From Octopus sinensis (lineage: Eukaryota): a stretch of 64,000 bases of DNA. Every line of letters begins with the position of its first letter. Position 1 is the stretch's first letter. Shown one piece after another: positions 27,201-41,200 of the stretch. Under the pieces are notes generated by a model. That model worked only from the letters and a program-made list of their open reading frames with translations, was not told the DNA's origin and searched no databases. The translations under genes and the position numbers were made by a program. Where the stretch lies: positions 14,074,001-14,138,000 of the forward strand of contig NC_043010.1 of NCBI RefSeq assembly GCF_006345805.1, read 5' to 3'.

Positions 27201-28914
27201 AACCCAATCAAAATGCCTGAAACTTGATAGGTCAATTGAATGCCAACTAGCTGTATGTGTTTGGTCGGAGATTTGGACAGTACTCACGTGTATGTGCACA
27301 CGCATGCAGCTGTATATGCATGCACTAGCACTATGACCCGGCGTTGCCAGGTCATAGTGCTAGTATTGAATAAAATGGAAATTTAGAAAAAGATGGAAAA
27401 CTTTTTTTTAAATGTTTCTAATTTTTCATATTTGATATATTTTTAGAGTATATTTGAGTATGGTCAGTTAGTTTCAACATCTTTTTTTTTTCTGTCAATG
27501 GGTTAAAATGAGTGCTTCTGATTTGGTTAGTTTAGGTATTTGTGTGTATTATTTTCAGTAGCAGACCTTACTTGGTTACCTCGCTTAACACCATTACCTA
27601 ACTCTGAGGTACTTTTTAGCTAAGTCCACTCTGCAGGTATTCAGACTAGGGCTACAGATGTAGTGAGACATTTTAGCACATAGTTAACTCTTGTATTTCC
27701 TTCTTTTTTTTTTATCAGTCTAAAGAGGGTACTGTGCTTGTAGCTTTTAATCTGTGTGTCTAAGTCTTAGTCTGAGTGTCTAAGCCTGCATGAATCACAT
27801 CAGAAGCAAAATATCAAACTGCCAAAGCCATACACATCATCATCATCATCATCGTTTAACGTCTGCTTTCCATGCTAGCATGGGTTGGACGATTTTGACT
27901 GAGAGCTGGCAAACCAGATGGCTGCACCAGGCTCCAATCTTGATTTGGCAGAGTTTCTACAGCTGGATGCCCTTCCTAACACCAACCACTCCAAGAGTGT
28001 AGTGGGTGCTTTTTACGTGCCACCGGCCCGGGGGCCAGTCAGGTGGTACTGGCAACGGCCTCGCTCAAATCTTTTTACATATGCCACCAGCACAGGTGCC
28101 AGTAAGGCGACGTTGGTAACAATATCATTCATATTTATAAAGTAAAATCAAACATAGCTTAATAATTAAAAATTATTAATTTTTTTTTTTTTTTCATTTA
28201 CTGTATTAATTATGCATTTTTGCTGTTGTTCAATATGTTCCTGAATTTGTATTTATCTACACAGGGCTTACCAAAACAGAAAGAAAGTGTGTGGGGCACA
28301 ATCAGGGCTCTACTTCATCTATTCTATGGTGATTATGGCAACATAAGGGTTGAATTCCCGCAACCATTCTCTTTAAAGGTAACCATTTTGTTTGTTTATG
28401 AAGAAGAACAGTATCTGTCTTGTTACTGTAACAGATTACTGACCATCAGGATTTTATATCTCACTGCCCTGCTCCATTCCAATCAGTGGAAGAATTAGTA
28501 GTCAGATATTGGTTTGTGTCCTTGTTAATATTGTTGCTGTTTAGCCCATGTAAGTCCTTGGTGAGCAGAATTACAATCAAAAGTATTTTAGCCACGGTCA
28601 CCTAAGAATACATTCTCCTTACATATCTAAGGCAGTAGAATATGATACAGTGGGGAAGAATTGACTGCTAGTTCTTGCAGGTCAAGTGGCCACTGTATGG
28701 AGAGGCTTCTTTGTTATAACACAGGAACAAATAATGATATTGGGCTCAGATAATGATTTTATTAATGAACAAGAAATATTGCAATAATTCAAAAGCAAAA
28801 TGTAAAATATTATTGTATTTTGGGACTGTCATTTTATTTATTATTTATTTTTTTGGCAAATAAACACATGTATATATATATATATATGTGTGTGTGTGTA
28901 TATATATATATATG

Positions 28915-28964
<50 letters not shown>

Positions 28965-29557
28965 TAATTTTTTTCTTCAGTCGTTTATTTGTGTTATTTT
29001 ATTATTTCAACGCCTGTCCATTGTCCGGAAATCTTTCGTCACACATCTGTGACCTCTTCAGAGGCACTTTTTTTTTCCATGTGTGTCTATGCTCCACTTA
29101 CTCCATTCCGAAATGTAAAATAGCAAACTGTAATTTCAGTTGTTCCCGATATAAATCCTTTTGCGGGGGGTCTACAAAATAAAGTAGCAGTTTAGAACTG
29201 GTGTCAATGAAATAAACTTCCCCGACTCCTGTCGTAAATTGCTGGCCTTGTGCCAAAATTAGAAAGAATTGCTATTGTTTCAGTGTGAGAAATGTAAAGC
29301 TTTTTACTCTGTTTACTTCAGGAATTTATTGAGTCATACAACATTGATAACAACATAGTCATGCCGAACCTGTTGCCAGCTTTAACACCTCCAGTCAATG
29401 GAGTGTCACCATCATCCATGTCTAGCAGTCTATCAAGTAGCACCTCACTTTGCATGTTCAACGTCAGCAAAGAAGCCAGAGATTTGGTGCAGAGTTTGGC
29501 AGAGCATATAGTTTACAGTGAGTATTGCTTTTTATCTATACACATACATACATGCAT

Positions 29558-29640
<83 letters not shown>

Positions 29641-32600
29641 TAGCAGTATCGCCCGGCGTTGCTCGGGTTTGTAAGGGAAATAACTATATAAGCATTTTTA
29701 GAGAGTTACTTCCCTTATTTAAACCGAGCAAAAAATGCATTAAAAATGCGAAAAAAATTATGGTAAATTTTTTTATAATCATAGACTCATCGTAGACACG
29801 TGCTAATACCCAGAAGGGCTCGATATGAATCACGACTATAAGATACCTGCTTTTGGTTAAACTGCACCGCAAAATGTGGGAGTGGTTAGGAATCTAAATC
29901 GGAGGAGACAGACTCTCACACACACAACTTCAGTTTTATATATAAAGATACACGTACATACATGCATATGTGTGTGTGGTGTATATGTATATATATATAT
30001 ATATATACATGTATATAAATAATGCATAATTGTGTGCATAAATAAGTTGTTTTTTTTCTTGTTTTTCCGCAGGTTCTGTATGTAGTACCGTACTGATGAG
30101 TACCAACATCTTGGCATTTTTGCTTTTAACAAAATACCGCCAGGTAAGCAACCAATCACTTCTTATAATCAGGGGAATTACTACAAGGTTACCTCAGCTG
30201 GTAGAAATAGCAGCTAAATATTCCTCACCTCAAACTTCACTGTCTTTAACATAAAAAGGACACATTAGATTTAGTAGTCTAGCTACCTAAAAAAAAGTCA
30301 ATGCTTTTGGTGTCTTGATTTGCTAAATCAGAGCTAATTTTAAGTTAAAGATCCACTATTATTTATAATACTGCCATTGTTGACTTCTTTTGATTTTACA
30401 ATTCAATGTTTTTTTACTGTTTTGTATGTATGCAAACATACATTTTGATCTTGCTCTGAAAATTGTTTCAAGGTCAATCAGAACAATAGCTTAAGAACAA
30501 TACTATTGAAATTACAAGTTTTCTTAGATGTTAATTAAAGGAGATTCTGTTGTGTCTGGGGAGAGTCATTCTCTTTTAGTGCCTTACTAGCAGTATCACC
30601 CGGCGTTGCTCGGGTTTGTAAGGGAAATAACTATAAAGCATTTTTAGAGAGTTATAGCCAAAAAATAGAAAAAAAATGGGGGGGAAAATGATGGTAAATT
30701 TTTTTTGAGAGTTAAAAAGGTCGAGTTGCGTCCCTTAGACAGTCTGTGGTTTGTGTTTCTGATTCTCGACCCCATGTCGAATTTATCGATTTTTTTCAGA
30801 ACTGGGGGAACTTTTCAAAATTTTCGCTGCGTTAGTTTTGAATTATGACATTGGGCTATGTGTGTGTCAAGTTTCATCAGAATCGGTTGAAAGCCGTGGT
30901 GAGGGTGAGGGTACGAGAAAACAGACACACATATAGAGAGAGATTATTTAACACACTCACCGGTAAAATTTCCACTTATTTCTTATTTTCATTTTCCTAA
31001 AATTTTCGTTGCGTCTTTCAACCTTTTTCAATAGTCTTGACTCTGTCCGTTATTTACACTGCATTCCCTTTTGTTTGTTTGTGCGCATGTGTGTGGGTCA
31101 GTGTGTGTGTGTGTGTGTGCCTATACATGCATGCATGTACGTATGTATGTGTGTGTGTTTGCATGTGTATGTATGTATATATGTGTGTGTATGCATGTGT
31201 ATGTATGTATGTGTGTGTGTTTGCATGTGTATGTATATATGTGTGTGTATGCATATGTATGTATGTATATGTGTGTGTATGCATCTGTACGTACGTATCC
31301 TGCATATTTATGTGCTTGCCTGTCCGTGTTTGTGTATTTTCTATGTGTGTGTGTGTGTGTGTAAGCATGTGTTTGTATATGCATGCACCTCTGTCTCCTT
31401 GTGTGTGCATGTCTGTGTGTGTGTGTGTGTGTGTTTTTTTTTTTTTTTAGAAAATAAAAAATAAGCAATAAGTGGAAATTTTGCCGGTGAGTGTGTTAAA
31501 TAATAAGGCACTAAAAGAGAATGACCCTCCCCCCGACACAACAGAATATGCTTCAACACGCAAACTCATATAAAGAATCTTGCAAACCAAATCCAAAACG
31601 AAATTAAAGGAGAGTTACTCTTTTTACTCTTTTACTTGTTTCAGTCATTTGACTGCGGCCATGCTGGAGCACCGCCTTTAGTCGAGCAAATCGACCCCGG
31701 GACTTATTCTTTTGTAAGCCCAGTACTTATTCTATCGGTCTCTTTTGCCGAACCGCTAAGTGACGGGGACGTAAACACACCAGCATCGGTTGTCAAGCAA
31801 TGCTAGGGGGACAAACACAGACACACAAACATATACACACACACTTATATATATATATATATATACACATATATACGACAGGCTTCTTTCAGTTTCCGTC
31901 TACCAAATCCACTCACATGGCATTGGTCGGCCCTGGGCTATAGCAGAAGACACTTGCCCAAGTTGCCACGCAGTGGGACTGAACCCGGAATCATGTGGTT
32001 GGTTAGCAAGCTACTTACCACACAGCCACTCCTGCGCCTGACTGTTATTTCAAGCAGGTCAACCGATCAATTAAAGGCATTCTATTGTTGCTTTGTTGCT
32101 GTGGAAACAGCAATCGGGCAGAATTATTAGTGCATCCGATAAAATGCTTAGTTTCATTTCTTGTAGCTCTTTTTATGTTCTGTGTCCAAATTCTGCTGAA
32201 GTCAGTTTTGCTTTTCTTTCTTTTGAAGTTAATAAAATAAGGTACTAGTCAAATACCGTTGTCAATGTAATCAACTTATCCCCACTTTTCCTAAAATTGC
32301 TAGCCTTGTGCCAAAATTTTAAACCATTATTGCTTTATTGCTGTTCCTGTTACTGATTTGTCTGTGTGTCTTACTACAGGGTGCCACTTTGAAAGAGCTA
32401 GCAGACAGCTTCAAAGAGCTGACTGACCTTGTGAAGAGCCGGAACCGAGATATTGGTTTCTCTGGAAAATCAGAAGACATTGTGCTATACGCAGCCGCTA
32501 TGCTGGGCAGCAATGTCCTGAAAAGGTAAATGACGACTCTTGAATGACTAATCTGCAGCTGTAGCTTTGGCTGCTGTTGTTATACTTACCATTGCTTTCA

Positions 32601-33662
32601 CCCTTTCCTACTTGCTTTTCTATGTTATCCCCTTGTGAGAACAATATAATTAACATTATTGTGCAGGTGGCACGTAAAAAGCACCATTTGGATGTGACCA
32701 TTGCCAGTTCCACCAAACTGGCCCTCGTGCTGGTGGCACATAAAAGCACCCACTACACTCTCAGAGTGGTTGGCGTTAGGAAGGGCATCCAGCTATAGAA
32801 ACTCTGCCAGATCAGATTGGAGTCTGGTTCTCCAGACCTCAGTCAAATCGTCCAACCCATGCTAGCATGGAAAGCGGACGTTAAATGATGATGATGATGG
32901 CATCACTTTCACCATCAATAGCAATTTAATTTATTGCTATTTTATACGAACACAATGGAAAACAGTCGTCATCAACATCATCTTCATAATCTTAATCATA
33001 TTCCTCGTCATCCACCACACCACGCTCCAGCACACTACACCTTACTGCATGTTGGTATAGGTTGGTAAAAGCTGCAATACAGCTCACTGGAAGATTTAGT
33101 TCACATCGTTATCAGTAATGTGAACTAGATTTTCTGAAAATGTCACCTACAACGTACACAAACATCCTGTCTTGGTGCCAAGAGCTAAATAGTAGCTCTG
33201 AAGAGTTTCTGATGGGAGGATGGTCATGGAAAATGCGATGAGTGCGTTGAGATATATCATCATCATCATCATCATAATCGTTTAACGTCCGTTTTCCAAG
33301 CTGGCATGGGACAGACTGTGTGACTGGGTCCAGTAAGCGGCACCAAGTTCCGGTTGTCTGTTTTGGCTTGGCTTCTACAGCTGGACGCCCTTCCTAATAT
33401 CAACCACTTTACAGAGTGTACTGGGTGTTTTTTTACATGTCACCTACACAAGGCGGTGAGCTGGCAGAATCATTAGGACACTGGACGAAATGCATTGCAG
33501 TATTTCGCCTGTCGCTATGTTCTGAGTTCAAATTCCACCAAGGTCGACTTTGCTTTTCATTTTTTCGAGGATTAAGCGCCAGTGAAACACTGGGGTTAGT
33601 TTAATCGACTCATCTCGTCCTTCAAAATGGCTGCCCTTGTAGCAAAATTTAAAACCATTATT

Positions 33663-33697
<35 letters not shown>

Positions 33698-34825
33698 GAA
33701 AGGTAGTGAACTGGATGAATCGTTATCACGTCGTCCAGTATGTTTAGAGTTATTGAATGGCGGTACCCCAGCATGGCCACAGCTCACGAGCTGAAACTAG
33801 ATAAAATAAAATATAAATAAAATAAAGTGTCTTTTACATGTCACTGACATGGGTGCGTTTCATGTGTCACCAGCATGGGTGCCTTTTACGTGTCACTGGC
33901 ACTGACAATGACCACAGTTCACTCAGCTTGGCATATCCTCTCAAGCACTTCAAATTACCAGAAGTCTCAGTCACTTACCATTGCCTCCATGAGGCTCAAC
34001 AATGAAAGATCATATTCCACTGTTTTGCCCCATGTCTCCCTGGGTATACCCCTTCCACAGGTTATCACCACATTTACAATATTATTTTTTTTTTGATGTC
34101 ATGAACTTGTGTGCTTTCTATGATTTAAAAAAAAATTTCTTTTTCTTTTCTAAATTTTCTTGGACACTTGCAGGAGTTTTACCGAGATTGGAGATGTGTA
34201 TTTTAAACCCGCAATCAGTCTACCTTCAGTGTTTTCCCTCAGTTACAACAGTGCACCTGTAACAAATGTGTTTGCTATGGAGAGTGTTATTGGTAAGTTT
34301 TTATTATACAACTTCATTGCTGTTTCTCATTTTCAAATGTTGTTGTGTTCATCATTTCATCCTTCTGTTATTCTTATTGTCTTCAGAGGAAAGAAAAAGC
34401 AACATTGACCTCATTGAAATCTGAATTTAGAATATAGAGGAGCATAAAGAAATATCACAATACATTTTCTCTGCTCTTCCACTAATACTGCCAATATGTG
34501 TTTGTGTATACTGAGAGAGAGAGAGAGAGAGAGAGTCACAGACAGACAGAGATAGCCATGCTTCTTGGTGGGCATACCCCACATTGCCTGAAGAGTTTTG
34601 TTATGGCGAAACTAACACTCAGCTATTGATAAAAATAACGTCTGCCGTTACGTTCTGAGATTAACTCTCTCCCTAATTAGTTGGGCTGTGACTCTCTTTG
34701 TAACTTTCATCACCTGATCCAACAGCTTTTGTTATGTTTTGCTGCTTTTAAATAAAGCATATTACTCTACCTCTGGTATTTGAGTACTCTTTTTTCCACC
34801 TTGTTTCACATTTATGTGCTTACTC

Positions 34826-34866
<41 letters not shown>

Positions 34867-35150
34867 CGTGACCGACCAGGCTATCAGATGTTGTTACACA
34901 TCACTGGTCACAGTGTGCTTCGCATTGTTTTAACCTTCAAATGACACCACCCCGCTGGCTAAGCGAGCAGGCCTACAGAAGAAAGAGTGAGACAAAGTTG
35001 TGGCAAAAGGGTACAGCAGTGATCGCCACCATCCCCTGTCGGAGCCTCATGGAGCTTTTTAGGTGTTTTTGCTCAATAAACATTCACAGCGCCCGGTCTG
35101 GGAATCGAAACTGCGAGTCCACTACCCTAACCACTGAGCCATTGCGCCTC

Positions 35151-35217
<67 letters not shown>

Positions 35218-38200
35218 TGTGATCAAACAATATTGATTTGGTATGCCTCCACCTGAGGCATACCAAATCAATATGTTGTAAGAATACAAAACTATAAGAG
35301 TTGGCATTTAAAAGGACATCCAGTAATAAAACATAGCCTCACAATGTCCCATTTGGTCGATGCCAGTGTGGAAAAGCAAACAAAAACAGTCATGATGTAT
35401 TTTACAAGGAGATTAAATTTAGGTACCTTATTTCAATGTGTTTATTATGTACAGTGTATTCTAGTTCTCTATTCGCAATATACCACTGATACAGAGAGAG
35501 AATATTTAGGAGTTAAGAGATTGATAAAATGGGAGATATATATATATATATAAGGGCATTTTATTATTACTATGCTTAGGATTTTCTCTTTCTAATATTC
35601 CCATACATATTTTCTAATATTCCCATACATCTGCAAGCGGGCAGAATTGTTAACCAGCAAAATGCTTAGCGAGCTGGCAGAAACGTTAGCACGCTGGGCG
35701 AAATGCTTAGCAGTATTTCGTCTGTCTTCACGTTCTGAGTTCAAATTCCGCCGAGGTCGACTTTGCCTTTCATCCTTTCGGGATCGATTAAATAAGTACC
35801 AGTTACGCACTGGGGTCGATATAATCGACTTAATCCATTTGTCTGTCCTTGTTTGTCCCCTCTATGTTTAGCCCCTTGTGGGTAAAAAAGAAATAGTTAT
35901 TTTGTCTGTTTTTATGTACTGAGTTCAAATTCCACCATGATTGATTTTGCTTTCATCCTTTCAAGGTCGATCAAATTGACTTGCCCCCTTTCCTTAAACT
36001 AATAGCCTAGTACCAGAATCTGAAACCTGTATTCCCATACTTTACTCTTTATCTATGCAGTTGGTGCTTGTTTCTATGCCGGAAACTTCAGCCTATCTGA
36101 TGTCGGCAACTCAATGCAGAGGACTGATATATCTGTGAAGAGAGAGGAGCTTTTTGCCGCATCACAGGTTCTTTGTCAGCTCTTCAAGTTTGAGTACATC
36201 CTGTCTCTGGTAAGTTCACCTTTAATTGTTTACTGGGGTTAGTCGTGTGTGGTCGGTGTTCATAGTTTACTTCATACAACTTCTAAATTGGTTGACAAAC
36301 ACGTTGAGGTCTTTCTAGTCTTGTCTTCTCAATGACATGGCAATCTTTCTAGTGCTGAGGCCATGGTAAAATGCACCTGGTACACTCTGTAAAGCGGTTG
36401 ATGTCAGGTAGAGCATCCGGTTGTAGGAGCTATGCTGAAAATAGAGTGTACAAGCACGTTGTAGTCTCTCAGCTTGTCTAGAAAACTAGGAATCTTTTCG
36501 GTTTGAACGGCAGTTTTTTCTAACGGTGTCATATGAAATTGTCACCCATAATTATGACCCTAGTATCGATCTATTGCATTTCAATCTGTTTTAGGGTTAG
36601 GGGTGGTTAGGGGAAGAGTATCTTTTTTTCTTCAGAAATGTAAATAAACCCAATCTGTTTCTTAAATGAGGGTCATATTCATACGGCACAGAATGTTTTC
36701 ACCTCAATAGACGTCGTTGATTGGTTGAAATTGCAGAAATTGAAGAAAAAAACAACAAATATCTTACAAACCATAGAATTTTCTCAATAAAGCCAAGAGA
36801 AAAAGATGTTTTATAAACACATTCTACCAGTATATTCTCACTCTTTCTTCCTGTTTCTGTTGTACCTGTATTTCAAAGGGCCAGCCTTGTCACACTCGGT
36901 GTCACGCTGAATCTCCTCAAGAACTACGTTAAGGGTACACGTGTCTGTGGAGTGCTCAGCCACTTGCACATTAATAAATGAGCTGCGACGTCAATGGTGC
37001 CAAGCTGTATCAGCCCCTTTTGCCTTTCCCTTGGATAACAACAGTGGCATGGAGAGGGGCGGCTGGTATTGAGTGGGCGACTGCTGGTCTTCCATAAACA
37101 ACTTTGCCCAGACTTGTACCTCGGAGGGTAACTTTCTAGGTGCAATTCCATGGTCCTTCATGACCGAAGGAGGTCACACACACTTAATTGATCAGTGGAA
37201 TTCTTATTGCTTTTTTCCTTTCCCAAAACTTTGCCTTCTCTTTTATTCTACAGGGCTGTATGCAGATTGATGACATTATCACCGATGCCCTGGATCTTTT
37301 GGTGATGGATGAAGTGTTACGGATACCAGCTTTAGAGGTGAGACAAGCATTTTCTTGTGTCTCTATTGTATTTGTGTGTGTGTGTGTGTGTAAACATAAT
37401 ACCTAATAGCTTAGAAGTGGGTAAGCTAGTTTGTGCATTAAAGTACATTCAATAACTGTTAAGATTTCACATTAATCTCATTACTGTTTAAACTGCTAAA
37501 GTGTTAAACTTTAGACAAGATACTCCACTACAAATAAGTCTCTGTTCTTAAGTGTAACAATTTGAACACTGCAACTTCGTATTTCCCTTTTATGAAAAAC
37601 ATATTTTCATGTTCAACCAAGAAGTCACCATCAGTTATTCTTGACTGTTTAGCAATCCTAATCCATAGTTTGTAATCCTGGTTTCAACTCTTACTTGAGA
37701 TGTACTGTTCTACCTTCACGACCGTTAGAGCTCCATAGGTAATGCATAAATATTACATGTTACCTATTTTGTGGTTTTGTGTCTAATAAGTAAGAAATTA
37801 TTATTAATATTAGGCGCAGGAGTGGCTGTGTGGTAAGTAGCTTGTTTACCAACCACATGGTTCCGGGTTCAGCCCCACTGCGTGGCACCTTGGGCAAGTG
37901 TCTTCTACTATAGCCTCGGGCCAACCAAAGCCTTGTGATTTGGTAGACGGAAACTGAAAGAAGCCCGTCGTATATATGTATATATATGTTTGTATGTGTG
38001 TGTATATGTTTGTGTGTCTGTGTTTGTCCCCCCAACATCGCTTGACAACCGATGCTGGTGTGTTTACGTCCCCGTAACATCGTTATATCTAATGCCATGA
38101 GTATTATGATTGTTAAAATGTTGGCTTGGCTGTGTGTAAGATGTCCACTGAGTAACTACATGGTTTCAGGTTTGATCCCACTGCACATCATTTTGGGCAA

Positions 38201-41200
38201 GTGTCTTCTGCTATGGCCTCAGGTTAACCAATGCTTCATGAGTGAAGCTTTGAAGGCAGAATTTGTACAGAATCTTATCTCTTTTACTTGTTTCAGTCAG
38301 TTGACTGCGGCCATGCTGGAGCACCGCCTTTAATCGAGCAACTCGACCCCGGGACTTATTCTTTTGTAAGCCCAGTACTTATTCTATCGGTCTCTTTTGC
38401 CGAACCGCTAAGTGACGGGGACATAAACACACCAGCATCGGTTGTCAAGCAATGCTAGGGGGACAAACACATACACACAAACACACACACGCACAAGCAT
38501 ATATACACATATACGATGGGCTTCTTTCAGTTTCCGTCTACCAAATCCACTCACAAGGCTTTGGTCGGCCCAGGGCTATAGTAGAAGACACTTGCCCAAG
38601 GTGCCACGCAGTGGGACTGAACCTGGAACCATGTGTTTGGTAAACAAGCTACTTACCACACAGCCATGTGTATATTTTTCTCCATGCCTCTTAGAATTGA
38701 CACCACTCAGGCTGTGCTGATATATCCTTATGTCCTACATAAACCATTTCTGGAGGCACATGGCTTAGTGGTTAGGGTGTTGGACTAATGATTGTAAGAT
38801 TGTGGTTTTGATTCCTGGATCAGGTGATGCATTATGTTCTTGAGCAAGACACTTCATTTCATGTTTCTCCAGTCAGTAAAAATAAGTAATCCTGCAACAG
38901 ACTGGTATCCTGTCCAGGGAGGAATATATACATCAGAGAAACCAGGGAACTGACCCTGAACTCCTTACAGAGTGATGTGGATTAACCACATAAACCATTT
39001 GGCCTACAACTTAGCAGTTTGGCATGCATGACTAACAGAATAAAGTAATATACCTAAATACAAGTAAAAGTTGGCATCAAAAAGAATATATGCTCATAGA
39101 GTACTACTTCAAGAAGTTTTGTTCAACTCTTGGCAGTATTTCATTTTTTTTTTTTTACCTAGTTTCAGCTCACGAGCTGTGACCATACTGGAGCACCGCC
39201 ATTTTTTTTTATTTTTGTTTTTTACAGAGGGACAAACAAGGACAGACAAACGGTTTAAGTCAATTATATCAGCCCCAGTGCGTAACTGGTACTTAATTTA
39301 TCGACCCCGAAAGGATGAAAGACAAAGTCGACCTCGGCGGAATTTGAACTCAGAACGTAACGGCTGACGAAATACCGCAAAGCATTTCGCCCGGCGTTCT
39401 AACGTTTCTGCCAGCTTGCCGCCCTTACTTAAGACTTTCTCTTTCTATGGTGCATAGTCCATCAATGATTGTTCTCCACTCTAGGCTGTCCTTTCTGCTT
39501 CTCTGCAGTTGGATCCTTGCCTTTCCTTGTAGCTTCCTTTCTGATTTTGCTGCACCATGACATGTTTCTCTGAGGATCTTCCTCTCTCAGATCTGGTTGC
39601 TTTTGGAATGTCATCAATGCTTATAACTTTGCTTTTTCCTATGTAAACCCATCTTTACTTCTGGAAAGAGGTGGCCCATATTACTCTGGGCTTTGTCCTT
39701 TGATCTGTCCGGGAGGCCCTACCAAGTGCTCATGCTCTACTGGCATAGCTCTCAGGGTCATTGAGCGACACAAGCCAGTACACCGCTGCAAAGACTGGAC
39801 TTTGTGGTGGATAAAGTGAAAGTGAAAATGAAACAATGGCTAAAGGATTAAACTCTTCTGTTCTTCTGCTTCAGGTAACCAACCGGTCTTCCAAGAAAGG
39901 TATTGATATATTCTCTCTCGGAGATGAAGACGATTTCCTACAAACCAATAACACCCTAATGGTACGTATCTAACTCGTGTCTAAGTTGTGCTCACGCATA
40001 CACATACACCGATACCACTCTGTATATGCTTAATCCATATTTTACTCTGTATTCATGTTTGTATGTGTGTGTGTGTGTGCATATACAATAATACATGGAG
40101 GGTATGTATCTACCTCTGTGTAGTTGTGCTCACTCATGTAGCAATATTGATATCCTCACTGTTTGAGAAAAACATTAGGAATGATCACGTTTGAGATTAC
40201 AAACATCTTTGGCTAGTTTAACCCTGTTGTGTCCACTGATCTGATTGGTTAGCATCTAGCGCGGTCTGTCTCTCTACTTATTTCGCGCCAGTGTGTAAAC
40301 TGACCAATCACGGCTTTCGGATAGGATCTTTCAATTGAGCCATCTTCACTCCTTAAATAAGCTAGTATTTTCACTATTCATCGTCTTTCGGTTTTAGACC
40401 TTATAAGGTCTAGTCACTGACCACAGAGCTACTCAGCCATGTTCCAGTTCGAACGACAGACAACAGCCAGCCAACCATACTATGAAGACACTATTGTATA
40501 CCAGCGACAGACAGAACATCATCACCAATGTCGTCTACATCTCCGTCGATTTCAACTTGCACTGGCGCGAAATAAGTAGAGAGACAGACCGTGCTAGATG
40601 CTAACCAATCAGATCAGTGGACACAACAGGGTTAAACTAGCCAAAGATGGTTGTAATCTCAAATGGGATCATTCCTAATGTTTTTTTCAAACAGTGAAGA
40701 TATCAATATTGCTACACTCATATATCAATATCACTCTGTATAAGCTTAATACATTTTTTTGTGTGTGTGTGTGTATGTGCACATATACCGATAACACCCA
40801 TGTGGTATATTCTCATGTTTATTTCCTCTATCTTTTACCAATTCCATTTTCTTTTCTTTTTCAACACGTTATTGTCTTATTTATTGCGTATGCCTCTAAC
40901 TGTCCCTTGGTCAAGAAGAAAACATTCCCCCCTCTACATCTGCAAATGTTTCCTCATTGAAGATGTCAATACTTATCCATCACCACCACCACCATTTTCT
41001 ATATCTGTCTGTTTGTCCTGCAGGTGAACACTTCCCAGGATGAATGTATAGAAAAATTAAAGTTTTACCAGCAAGTACTGATGCCTGTATGCGAATCCTA
41101 TCTGGTCACTGCAAACCATGTTAAAACACTCATGGATTCTGATATGGAAGGTATGTTATATTTTGCATTTTTATTTTATGTACATTGTGGCGGATGCCAG

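Noticed and set aside
34584-34625. CUGAAGA-G...C-GAAAC hammerhead-like core
   Set aside because: Helix II is mostly wobble or mismatch, and no helix I/III or UH site can be assigned. It may be a heavily decayed copy but is not supportable.
39875-39880. Exon 19 starts with GTAACC after AG, resembling a recursive splice site
   Set aside because: AG|GT is common at ordinary exon starts, the introns are short, and there is no independent support.
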